DNA from: an uncultured virus (IMG/VR IMGVR_UViG_3300029947_000227)
Taxonomy: Duplodnaviria; Heunggongvirae; Uroviricota; Caudoviricetes
DNA length: 64,000 bases
IMG/VR virus record: IMGVR_UViG_3300029947_000227
Reading direction: 5' to 3' (one strand)
A program made the translations under genes and the position numbers. This document shows, one piece after another, positions 9,684-21,000 of the stretch. Positions within the stretch are counted from its first letter, which is position 1, and each line of letters starts with the position of its first letter. The notes below the pieces were generated by a model. That model worked only from the letters and a program-made list of their open reading frames with translations, was not told the origin of the DNA and did not search any database.

Positions 9684-9921
9684 GCATTAGGGTCGGCGGT
9701 TCCAATGCTTCCGTCCGGCCATGCTCTGACCGCTAGGGGCAACACTGCCGCCAGAGCGTGCTGTCGTTCAAGCGCTTTCAACCCTTCGTTGAAAGAGTCT
9801 GCCTGCGGCAGACCCTCGAACCGCCGAAGCAACGCTTCGATAGGCCGGGGACAAGCCCCCTCAGGAAGATCCCGTTCGCGAGAACGGGAATCCCGGCCCT
9901 TCAAGGCCGGGAGGATGTCAA
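9684..9921 (+). mobile_element. non-autonomous IS200/IS605-derived element or right-end remnant
   Basis: multiple hairpins ending GGAATCCCGGCCCTTCAAGGCCGGGAGGATGTCAA, same end as 5588-5623; left boundary approximate. Confidence 0.65.
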
Positions 9922-10460
9922 CATGACAAGGAAGGAGGCATCGACATCATAAGCTTCGCCTATCAGCCCCCCCCGCTGACCGAGCGGCAAAAGCGCAACC
10001 GCAAGCGTTTGCTCAAGCATCTGAAGGTGGATGACTTTCGTACGCTGTACTTCGGTTCGCGCGACAGCCTCAAGGCCGACGACGCCTATCGCGGATTGCC
10101 TGACTCGATGACGTCACGCCTCAAAGAACAGTTGGCTATCGCCAATGAACACGTCCAGCCAATTCAACCCGATGCCATGCCAACACATGTCACCCCTTAC
10201 CGAGACCCACATTCGGGTCGGACTCTACAAGGACGATCCGCCCGTCATCCTGCGCAACCTCAAGCCCGTCCCCGCCGACACGGCCCGACCCGGCTGGCGG
10301 TCGCCGAACTGGATGGCCACGTCTGGCGGGCCGAAGTCGGCTGGCGGTTCGGCTCGAGCTTCGAGGACGTGCCGCGCACACGCCGCCGGACGATCGAAAT
10401 AGCGGGCCACCCATGGCCTTGGCGCCGGCAGGCCGACTTCTTATTGACATTCATGGGCCA
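9922..10460 (+). pseudogene. probable 5'-truncated/frameshifted hypothetical gene
   Basis: open frame without a convincing start runs from the IS end; coding-like segments in two frames. Confidence 0.3.
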
Positions 10461-10484
10461 TGCGTCGGCGCATAGCGCCGACGC

Positions 10485-13049
10485 ATGGCAGACAAAACCG
10501 TTCGCGTGTCCGAGGCGGGCACGTTCGTCCTCTACTCCGACACCAACGACCCGGGGTTCATTCGCACCTTGAACGGCGAGGCGTGGTTGTGGCGTGTGCT
10601 GCCCGACGCGTACCCGATGTTCGACGCGCTGTCCCCAACGGACCGGGACCGGGCGGCCGCGCCGATACTCACGCTCATGGACCGACTCGCCCGCCTCGTG
10701 CCGACCGGCGGCATGGACTATCGACGGCTCGTGCGCGGCCGCTACCGTGATCTGAAAATCCTGTCGATCTCCACGCCGGTCAAATTCCAACCCGACATGA
10801 ACCTGCCGCGTGACATGCGCATGCGGCTCGCCGCCGACCATGCGGGTCGCGCCGTTGAGGACCGGGTCGCTTTGGCGGGCGTGAAACTACGCTCCGGCGG
10901 TGGTGAACGCAAGGGCAACTGGCTGGTCAACCAGATCACCGACATGAGTTATTACGCGCGTTACGGCGTGGAACCGGATTCGTCGTTCGACATGGACCGG
11001 GACGTCATCGACGCGTGTTTTCGCGCGGCCGGCGCGGCCACGCCCACGGTCGCGCAAATGCAGCGCGGCATGGCGTGGTGGCAGACGAGCCGACGCCCCG
11101 ACGTGTGTCCCGCGATGGTGGAACCCGGCCACCTGCACATCTTTCCCAGTTGGGAGAGTTGCATGGTCGCGGAGAAATACCATCAGACGGGTGTGCCGTG
11201 TGAAACGTGGATGCAGCGTGAAGCGATGGGCGGCGCGTACACGATGAGCATCCTGTCCCTGGGGCCGTTGGACTTCGAGGGTGTTGACGGGTCGAGTGAT
11301 CCGAACGCGATTTGGGCGGCGCGTCTGCTTGCCGACCGGGGTGCGGGTGGCGGTGGCGCCTTGTGCGTCATGGTGTCGGGCGCGGTCGAACCCGGGGTCA
11401 TGACGTCCAGGCAGTTGCGGCGCGACCAGGACAAGATGATGGCGGCCGTGGAACGCCGGTTCAAGGACCAGTCCGCCCAGGACCAGTCGAAGGTTGACAT
11501 CGCCGGCAATCTGCGTCAGATGGCCGACATGTATGAGTCGGACGGCCGGCAGGCTCCCCCCACGCTGATCGATGGGACCGTCATGGTCGCGCTTGACGGG
11601 ATGATCGACCATCATATGGCGGTCGACGACCAGGTCGACTATCCGGGGTTCGTGAAGTTCAACCCGCTGCGCCAGGAGGCCGCGTTCCAGACGATGCAGG
11701 TCGGGTCGAACGTGGAGTATTCGCCGTCGCGCGTCTACTGGCCCGCCCCCGTTGTCGCCTACGCGGGATTGGCGGGCACGGCGCGCGCCGGCGAGGGCAC
11801 GGGCGCGCTGCTCGGGTTCACGGAGTCGTCCCGCCAACCCGTGTACGTGGACCCCAGGGCCGTGGAGCGTGCGGAAACGTATCCGATCATGGTGATTCTT
11901 GGTGCGTCGGGTTCCGGCAAGACCGTGCTCGCGGATCATCTGGCCGTCCAGTGGGCTCAGCTGGTGCCGGGACTCGTGGTGGACCCCAAGCAGCAATCCG
12001 ATTTCTCCGACTTTTTCAAAGCCTACGGCGCGAAGATCGTGCGCCTCGACGACCCCAACCTCGCCGACGGCATCCTCGACTCGGTGCGCTGCATGGGCGC
12101 GCGCGAGGGCGTGTACGACGACATGATCAACACGACCACCGAAATGATCCACGGCCTCTTGGTTGCGGACGGCGACGACAAGATCCGCCAGACCGACCTC
12201 ATGGCCGCTTTGAAGTGGGGCATCGCGCATGGCGCCGACTGCACGGGCGAGGCTTTGGCGATCGCGGAACGGGATCATGTTTCCGGCGCGGACGTGGAGA
12301 ACGGACGGCACATGGTGCCCGAGTCGATCAACGTGATCCGTAAGACCCTGGACTATTGGGCGGACACGCAGACCATGTTCCGTATTATTTACGGCCGGAG
12401 CCACGGAGGTCTGGCTCTCAAATCCGAGAAGGGCCTGACCCTGCTCATGGCCGGCGACTTGAACCTCGTGCCCACCGCCGGCTCGAACAGTTTTCCCGAC
12501 ACGTTGAAACGGTGGATCGTGCGCATGATGGCCATGGGCGGGGCCGCCTCCATGATGGGCCGGTCGGGGTTCGTGTTCATCGACGAGGCGTGGATCCTGC
12601 TCGGCGACGAGGCGGGCGCGCGCATCGCGGAGCGTTTCGGCCGACTCGGCCGACTTCAGCGGTATACGCCGGTGTTCGCCTCGCAGCGCGTGCGCGAGTT
12701 TCTGGACGCGCAACTCCAGTCGTATGTGTCGCGCGGCATCATCCTGTCCATGTCGGGCCGAGGCGACGACTCCGATGACACCGAGTCCGAGGCGGCCGCA
12801 GCCCTCAAACTGTTCGGCCTGCCGGTCGGCTCCACGATGCACCGGCGCATGACCGCCCCCGCAACCCTGGGTGCAGTGGCCGGCGACCAGTCGAAGGCCC
12901 GTCCGAACTGGATGAGTTTGAAGGCGTTGAAGGACCCCGGTTCAGGCAAGGTCGTGCGTGGTTCCGTCGCCTACTACATCGGTTTGGATAACACCGCCAT
13001 TCCCGTGGAGGTGACGATTCCCGCGTCGACGTTGGCGCTGCTGCCGTGA
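10485..13049 (+). CDS. VirB4/TcpF-like conjugative ATPase
   Basis: Walker A GASGSGKT, VVDPK, Walker B VFIDEAW, FASQR; 854 aa. Confidence 0.85.
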   Translation: MADKTVRVSEAGTFVLYSDTNDPGFIRTLNGEAWLWRVLPDAYPMFDALSPTDRDRAAAPILTLMDRLARLVPTGGMDYRRLVRGRYRDLKILSISTPVKFQPDMNLPRDMRMRLAADHAGRAVEDRVALAGVKLRSGGGERKGNWLVNQITDMSYYARYGVEPDSSFDMDRDVIDACFRAAGAATPTVAQMQRGMAWWQTSRRPDVCPAMVEPGHLHIFPSWESCMVAEKYHQTGVPCETWMQREAMGGAYTMSILSLGPLDFEGVDGSSDPNAIWAARLLADRGAGGGGALCVMVSGAVEPGVMTSRQLRRDQDKMMAAVERRFKDQSAQDQSKVDIAGNLRQMADMYESDGRQAPPTLIDGTVMVALDGMIDHHMAVDDQVDYPGFVKFNPLRQEAAFQTMQVGSNVEYSPSRVYWPAPVVAYAGLAGTARAGEGTGALLGFTESSRQPVYVDPRAVERAETYPIMVILGASGSGKTVLADHLAVQWAQLVPGLVVDPKQQSDFSDFFKAYGAKIVRLDDPNLADGILDSVRCMGAREGVYDDMINTTTEMIHGLLVADGDDKIRQTDLMAALKWGIAHGADCTGEALAIAERDHVSGADVENGRHMVPESINVIRKTLDYWADTQTMFRIIYGRSHGGLALKSEKGLTLLMAGDLNLVPTAGSNSFPDTLKRWIVRMMAMGGAASMMGRSGFVFIDEAWILLGDEAGARIAERFGRLGRLQRYTPVFASQRVREFLDAQLQSYVSRGIILSMSGRGDDSDDTESEAAAALKLFGLPVGSTMHRRMTAPATLGAVAGDQSKARPNWMSLKALKDPGSGKVVRGSVAYYIGLDNTAIPVEVTIPASTLALLP

Positions 13050-13085
13050 CGCATGGGGTGTGTGACGTTGTGAAGGAGGCTGATC

Positions 13086-13865
13086 ATGCCCATGCTGTCC
13101 ACGCCGGGGTTCGATCCCAAGGCTCTCACCCGTCGAACGGTGGGACCGGTCGTGTCCATGCCGTCTCTTCCCCATGGGTCCTGTCCCGTGAGATGGGGTG
13201 GTGAGGATTTCAACGGTGGTTGCCTGCCGATCATCGGATCGTATGACGTTCCCTCCGCCGGCCAACTGCAGTTAACATATGTGGATTTGTGCCGTCGTGC
13301 CCCCCGGTACGAGTCGGGCGTGTTTCGTGCCGGCCTGTTGGACGGGTTGGATGGTGACGGGCTGGTGTCTGTCGAGGGTGTGCTCGCCGACTGGCGGCAC
13401 GACGGTCGGGGGAGTGTGACGCGGATCATGCTGTCCGCGCCCGTGGTTCGCCTGTCACGCGACCGGACGCTTCCGGTGGGCAACCACGTGTGGTTGAACC
13501 GCAGTACGATGCGGCCGGGCATTCCGGATCATCCGGGCGTCATGCATTTGGGGGAGGTCATGGGAGCCACGGGCCGGGTGGTTGGCTATGATGACCGGCA
13601 TGGCCGGCATCGTCTCGGTCTCGCCGACTGGAGGGCATACTGTTGCGGGCTCCTGTATGTTCATCTTGACGCGGACGGGCACGGCCGGCTCAAACACTTG
13701 CCTCGTCACACGATCACCCTGCTCGCGGTGTTCTCGTTCGACGCGGCCGGCGTGTGCCATTGGCGTGACGGGCGTGAACTCGCCTGCGAGTTAAAGGACC
13801 TTGCCCGTAGTGTCGAACCGCTGCCGTTGGCCAGACGCGCCAACGGTTCAGACTGGTTGAAGTGA
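13086..13865 (+). CDS. hypothetical protein
   Basis: motif at 13048, SD AAGGAGG. Confidence 0.7.
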   Translation: MPMLSTPGFDPKALTRRTVGPVVSMPSLPHGSCPVRWGGEDFNGGCLPIIGSYDVPSAGQLQLTYVDLCRRAPRYESGVFRAGLLDGLDGDGLVSVEGVLADWRHDGRGSVTRIMLSAPVVRLSRDRTLPVGNHVWLNRSTMRPGIPDHPGVMHLGEVMGATGRVVGYDDRHGRHRLGLADWRAYCCGLLYVHLDADGHGRLKHLPRHTITLLAVFSFDAAGVCHWRDGRELACELKDLARSVEPLPLARRANGSDWLK

Positions 13866-13900
13866 CGTGCTGGCCGGCCGAACCGCTCCGCGACTCGCCT

Positions 13901-14665
13901 TTAGATGAACAGTGACGGTTGCCCGGCCGCGTCCCGGCAGCGTCGGCGCGCTATGTCCGCCCAGTGCGCGTCCATGTCGCACCCCCAGTAGTCGCGCCCC
14001 TGGGAGACGGCGGCCACGCCGACCGTGCCGGACCCGCAGAACGGGTCGACGACCAGGTCGCCCGGATTGGAGAACAGGCTGACGAACCAGTTCATCAACT
14101 GGACGGGCTTGTGCGCCGGATGCCGTCCCAGTTCGGTTTCCCGCCCGGACGGCAGGGGTGTGGCTATCACGTTCGTGATTTTCACGCCATGTGAGTTGAA
14201 CGTGCCGGTATGGTATTTCCCGTCCAGGGAGGGGCGCACCATGTACACCCATGTTTCCATGGCGGACACCGGTTGGATCTCCATGTTTAGGGGTGACGAG
14301 TTCCGTTTGACCCACACGCCCGCCATCTTCCAGTACAGGCCGGCTTTCTCGCCGGCCTGGGCGACGCGTCCGACAAGACGGGTGGATGCGAACGCGATGA
14401 GCGTGCCCCCGGGTTTGAGAATGCGATGCGACTCCATCATGAACCCGTCCATGAGCCGCCCGTACTGGTCGGCGTCGAGCTGATCCCACTCCTGTTGTTC
14501 AATCCGCTCGTTCCCCCTGAACCATATGCGGTTCGCCGGGTGGGCGCGCGACCGCATGAACGAGGCGACCCCGTACGGCGGGTCCGTTAGCACGAGGCTC
14601 GCGCACCCATCCTCCAATTCTGTCATGGATTCGGGGGAGCGTCCGCTGGTGATCTGAAATGTCAT
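13901..14665 (-). CDS. N6A/N4C DNA methyltransferase (beta class), orphan
   Basis: LTDPPY, HPAHKP, DPFCGSGT; C-terminal GQPSLFI. Confidence 0.9.
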   Translation of the reverse strand: MTFQITSGRSPESMTELEDGCASLVLTDPPYGVASFMRSRAHPANRIWFRGNERIEQQEWDQLDADQYGRLMDGFMMESHRILKPGGTLIAFASTRLVGRVAQAGEKAGLYWKMAGVWVKRNSSPLNMEIQPVSAMETWVYMVRPSLDGKYHTGTFNSHGVKITNVIATPLPSGRETELGRHPAHKPVQLMNWFVSLFSNPGDLVVDPFCGSGTVGVAAVSQGRDYWGCDMDAHWADIARRRCRDAAGQPSLFI

Positions 14666-14681
14666 AACCGCCCGTCATGCG

Positions 14682-14915
14682 TCACATGGGAATCAGGTCG
14701 ATGCACAGTTCCACCGAGGCGACCAGGGATGCGGCCAGTAGCAGACTCGACATGAACGTCGCCAACCGGTAGGCGACGATCAGCGCCCATTGTTCGGAAC
14801 GCGGCTTGCCAAACTGTTCGGCCCTCTCATGCGCGACCCCCCACCGGCCCGCCAGGTCGGCGAGCAGCCAGGAGGAGAATACGAGAACGATCAAGGCGAA
14901 TGAATGCGCGACCAT
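14682..14915 (-). CDS. small 2-TM membrane protein
   Basis: hydrophobic ORF; CCGCATAG motif upstream. Confidence 0.6.
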   Translation of the reverse strand: MVAHSFALIVLVFSSWLLADLAGRWGVAHERAEQFGKPRSEQWALIVAYRLATFMSSLLLAASLVASVELCIDLIPM

Positions 14916-15027
14916 AATACCGGAGCCTATGCGGACACATCACAGACCGTCCACCCCCTGACTGTTGAAAAACGGCGCATAGAAACCCCCGCAAGCCCTT
15001 ACCAAAGAAAGGAAGCGGGAGGGAAAC

Positions 15028-18000
15028 ATGAGAGTTAATCTCAAACATGCCGCAAGAGCCATGATCGCGGCGATCGTTGCGGCTGCCACACTCGGAGGAG
15101 GCGTGACAACCACGGCCGTCGCCGCAACCATGGAAGGCAACCCCGGGTACGTGTTCAAGGATCCGAGTACCGGCAAGAGCCACGCCCTGGGACTCATCGC
15201 CCAATGGAACTACCTGGGAGGCAAACGCGCCTGGTGCATCAACGGCGACGAGCAGATGGCGGCCCCCCAGGAGAATGCGGGCGTCGTCGACGTTTCAAAC
15301 GGGTACAACGGCAAGGACGCCAACACGATGCGCCAACTTGCCTACATCGGCGACAAGTACAATGCGAGCAGCGTGTCCGATTTGGATGCGGCGGCCGCGG
15401 CGTACGTGATCAAAAACAACCTCGACACGTCCGCCGTGTGGACGCGCAGTAAAAACAACCTGACCCTCACCAACGGCAATGCGAGCGATGTCATCAACCG
15501 TGCGAACCAAATGTGGAGTGAGGCCGTCGCCCAAGCCCCGACAATCACCCACGCTTACGCCGACTTCGACACCAACCAGGGGTTAAAGACCGGCACCGTG
15601 AAAATCGACGTGAAGAACGCGTCCAACGGGTTCACCGCCGGATGGCATTACCGGGCCGTCCTCGAAGGGCCCGCGGAATTCGATTCGGGTGGTCAGGAAG
15701 CCCAGGGCACGACCGGCACGCAGACCATCAACCTGAACTGGCATTCCACCGGCAACGGCACTGTCACGTACAAACTGTATGTGAACGTCCCCCAGGCGGC
15801 GGTCGGCAACACGACCGTCTCACAGCAGGACCAGTTCCTCCCGAAGATCCTGGAGGTCCAATCCCCGGACACGGTCACATTCAAGGTGATCAAGGACTTC
15901 CAGCCGACCGTGGGTACCGTCGTCGCGAAGAAGAACAATAATCGCGGTTCCCCGATCACCGACAATCTCACCTCCGGTCTCGCCCAGGGCGAGTGGCCGG
16001 CCGGCCACCAGGTCAAAGTCAAGGCGTATCTGTACGAGTCCGACACCCTGTCCACGTTCGTTGGCGGTCTGAGCGTCGAACATGACGGGCAAAGCCTTGA
16101 CGATTATGTCAACTACGTCAAACGCGTCAAGGGATTAAGCCCGGTCGCCACGGCGGAAACCACATTCGACGGGGCGAACCAGACCAAGTCGATCACCGCT
16201 CGGAAGCTTGACGGCTCGGGCGACTACACGGGCCAGAAAACATTCCACACCTGGGTCGTGGCCGTCGTCAAGAACGGTGACGAGCAGATTACCGGCGACT
16301 GGATCAGCACGCTCGGCCTGCCGGACGAAAGCGCCGCGAGCCTCAACCCCACGTCCCATGACTCCACGGTCCTTGAACAATACTCCGGCATGAACCGAGA
16401 CATTCTCGACACCATCACGATCGGCAACCTGCCGAGCGACTACGGCCAATGGTCCGGCAACAGCGACTACGGGTTCAAAGCCGACGCCAAAGCCAAGATC
16501 CGCGTCTGGTGGGCCGGATCCGGCACCGGCGTCAAATCCGAGGATGAGAAATACAAGCCGACCGGCTCCGCCGAACCAACCGCCGACGCGAACCACAAGC
16601 TGATCGGCGAATGGGAGGTCCCCGCAGCCAACGGCGTCTACAAGGTCGGTTCCGGTGTCATCAAGTTCAAGGGCTCCGGCGACTCCGACTACAAGACCGT
16701 CGCGTCCGACGACAAGCTCAACATCAAAGCCACCCAGCCGTCCGAAACCGGCTACTACGTGTTCATTTACGAACTTCCCGAATCATCGCGAGCCCAGGCG
16801 TTCACGTCCAGCTACGACGACGCGTGGGAACGCACCTTCGTGGAGCAAACCGAAACCACCCGGCCTGAACTCACCACCAACGTGTCGGCCGGCGAGGTGG
16901 ACCGTGGTGAACAGTTCCACGACACGGCCCGCATCTCCGGCATTGTCTCACGCGGCAGCTACGTCGTCTTCGACGCGTGGAGCCCCGTCTCCGGCACGCC
17001 GGACACGTCCGTGTCCAAACTCGTCGACTCGCAGCGTGTCAACATCACCGACGCGCAGGCCGACGCCAGCGCCAAAACCGGCTCGTTCACCGTCGACTCC
17101 ATGACGGTCAAAACCGACAAGCCCGGCAAAGTGTATTGGAAGGCCAGCCTCTACGACCAGGACGGCAACCTGATCGACAGTCATGAACTCGGCATCGAAA
17201 ACGAAACCGTGACCGTGCGCGGCGCGTCCATCACCACGAAGGTCAGCGCCGAACAGGTAACCGTGGGCGAAACGTTCCACGACGTCGCCACCGTCGACGG
17301 CAACGTGCCGCGCGGCAGCTACGTCACTTTCGACGCGTACAACCCCGTGTCCGGCAAACCCGATGCGAACGCCGGCAAACTCGTCGACTCCCAGCGTGTC
17401 GACATCACCGACGCGCAGGCCGACTCCGGAGCCTCGTTCGACGTGCAAAGCCCCGAAACGTCAACCATGACCGCCGGCAAGGTCTACTGGAAGGCCACGC
17501 TGCACAAGGCCGACGGCACGGTCCTCGCCACCCACGACCTGGGTGTCGCGGGCGAAACCGTGACCGTCTCACCGCCGACCATCACCACGAACGTGTCCCA
17601 AACCAACGCGGGACTTGGCGAAACGTTCCACGACACCGCCACCCTGACCGGCGGCACGCTCAAAGCCGGATGGAAGGTCCGTTTCGAAGCGTACAATCCG
17701 GTTTCCGGCAGCCCCGACACGAACGCCGGCAAACTTGTCGACGCGAACGACGTGACCATCACCGACGCCCAGGCGGCCGACTCCGCCAAAGGCCGGGACG
17801 TGACCGTCACATCTGTTGACGCGACCGTCTGGAACGCCGGCAAGGTGTATTGGAAGGCCAGCCTGCTCGACCAGGACGGCAAGGTGATCGCCACCCACGA
17901 ACTCGGCCTGCCCAGCGAAACCGTCACCGTCACCGGACCGAAGATCACCACCAACGTGTCCAACACGCAGGTCGGACGCGACGAACAGTTCCATGATTCG

Positions 18001-21000
18001 GCGGTCGTCGAGGGATTCGTTCCCACGGGCGCCAAGCTCACGTTCACCGCATACGGTCCCGTCGCCAGCGGCAACGTCAACGACGTCGACCAGTCCAGGA
18101 AACTCGGCGAAACCGTCCACACGATCACCCAAACGGAATCCACCCAGTCGAAGACCGGGGCGATCCAGATCACCAGTGACAACATCGCCAGCACCTACCC
18201 GGGCACCGTGTACTGGAAGGCAACCCTGACTGCCGAAAACGGCACGCTGCTCGCCACCCACGATCTCGGCATCCCCAGTGAAACCGTCACCGTCACCGGA
18301 CCGAAGATCACCACGCACGTCGACAAGACGTCCGTCGCCCTGAGTGAAACATTCACCGACACCGCTGAAATCAACGGCTCGTTCGAAACCGGCTCCACGG
18401 TCACGTTCACCGCGTACAATCCCGTCGACGGCAAACCCGACACGAACGCGGGCAAACTGTACGAGGGTGTCGTGACGTTGACGAAGGAACAGTCCGACAA
18501 GTCGAAGAGTGGTGAAACCGTCACCGTGAACGCGCCAGACTCCACGAAGGCCGACAAGGCCGGACACGTGTACTGGCAGGCGATCCTCCGCGACCCCAAG
18601 GGCGTGGAACTCGCCCGGCATGAACTCGGCCTGTCCGACGAAACCACGCACGTCGCCCAGCCGACCATCACCACCGCCGTTTCCAAGGGCGAGGTGAGTG
18701 TCGGCGAGGAGTTCTTCGACGTGGCCACCATCCACGGCCAGGTCGGCCGCGGTTGGAGCGTCCACTTCACCGCCTACGAGCCCGTGGCCGGCGACCCGAA
18801 CGAGAACGCAGGCAAACTCGTCGACGACAAGACGGTTCCGATCAGCGACACGCAGGCCGACAAGTCCAGTTCAACCGACCATTTCGACGTGACCGGCCCC
18901 ACCACCAGCACCGACAAGACCGGCGCAGTGTATTGGAAAGCCACCCTCGTTGACGCGAACGGCGTGGAAATCGCCACCCACCGGCTCGGCGAGGAAAGCG
19001 AAACCGTGCGCGTCTACGGCGGCGGCATCCTCTCCTCACACGCCCAAACCATGGGCGCGACCGGCGAACAGTTGTACGACACGATCACCGTGTACGACGA
19101 ATCCCGTACGGGCACCACCAGTCACGAAGGCAACGGGCAGGGCAATCCGACCGGCCAGATCGGCCACGTGCCCGCCGGCAGCTGGGTCATCGTCGAACTG
19201 TACCGCCAGGACGGCAACAACACCGCCTCGTCCAACAATCTGATCGGCTCCGTCACCCACTACGTGGACGACACCGCGTGGAAGACCGTCGACGGGGTGC
19301 GCCAGCAGACCTTCAAGGTCACCGACCCGAAGTTCACCACGCAGGAAGCTGGCATGTACTATTGGGTCGCCACCTTGTACGGGTCCGACGGCAGTGTCCT
19401 CGACAAGGGTGAGTTCGGCGAATCCGGCGACCAGCATGGCACCGGATACGAGTCCGAGGAACGAACCCCCGTCCAGGAGTACACCACCACCAGTTCGAAG
19501 AAGTGGCTGTCCGTCAACCGCGACCAGTATTCGTCGAAGACGGTCAGCACGTACGACATGCTCCAGCAGATCGGCTACGAGCGGCGTGACGGCGACGTTT
19601 CCGCGCTGATCGGCCAAACCGCGTCCAACACCGAATTCCGTATGGAAATCTGGCGTCAGGACACCGGTTCGGACGCGTCGAAGGACGTGCGCGTGTGGAG
19701 CGGCGAAGACCATGACATGCCTCAGCTTGGCGCCGACGGCACCAAGATGGACGACATGCAGAAGCTTAAGAGCGAAACCGTCACCATCGACAAGTCGTGG
19801 CCGGCCGGCACCTACTACTATCGTCTCCTCGTCACCAACCCGGGTGTCGACTGGACCAAGGAGGACCACACCAACGTCGTTAAATACACCGACCGTCGCG
19901 TCGAAGCCGAATCGTTCGACCTGATCGATGCGACCACGCAAAGCGTCGAACCCCTGTGGCTCGACTCCATGCACGTGGCCGACGACGTGACCCTGACCGG
20001 CGTGATTCCCGAGGGCACCCAGTATGAGGTGCAAATCTGGAAGACCGACAAGCATGACGGCACCGCCGTCGAGAACACCGGCATTACAACCGGCCGTATC
20101 GACGTGCCCTCCAACGCGGTCGGCGACCACCGTACCACCCCGGTCACGTTCCGCACCAAGGCTCTCGACAATCCCGGCGTGGGTAGCTGGCAGTTCCGCG
20201 TGATCCTGTGGACCCCGGACAACCAGGGCGGCGACAGTTCCCTCAACAAGGATTCCGTCCCGCTGTCGGACGAGTGGAAGCAGGCACCCGACCAGTCGGC
20301 CGGCTACACGGAACGTGAACTGCTTGAGGATGGCGTGACCGTCGACTCCGAACGGTTCGAAGTGGTCAAACTGTCCACGGACGTGACCGGCACGGCGAAC
20401 ATGCATACCGCCGACGGCGAGCATTACGTGGACGCCACCCACCCCGTCCAGGTCAACGACAAGCTGACCGTCGACGGGTACATGCTCGACGGGTACACGG
20501 TCGGCTTCGACTTGTACCGGCGTGACGCGGGCGACGACCCGTCAAGGGATCAGAAGGTCGACTCCATCAGCCCGGTGGCTTTGAAGGAGGCGCAGAAAAC
20601 CCTCGACAGTGCCAAGCTGACCGTCAGCCAGCCCGGCGAATACTACTGGCGTTGGGTGTTCCGCAAGCCGGACGGCACGGCGTTCCAACCCGACGGAACC
20701 AACCCCGCCGAATCCGACAGTCGCATTCCAGCCGAATCGTTTCACGCGGTGAAGGTCACCACCTCCACGTACAAGTGGAGTTCGAAGGGCGGCAAGACGT
20801 CCGACGTGGCCCGCATCGAAGGCACTCTGCCCGCCGACGCGACCATCGTGTTCGAAATGCACTCGTGGAAGGACGGCTCCCTGCTCGCCAAAACCGATGC
20901 GAAAACCCTCGGGGAACTCGGGTTCGACACGGCCCGCTCCGACCAGGAGATCACCGGGCCGGAACTCGCCGTGCCCGACGCGGTCGACTGGTATTGGGTT

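Noticed and set aside
13901..14665. Restriction-modification system
   Set aside because: No recognisable cognate restriction endonuclease next to either methyltransferase
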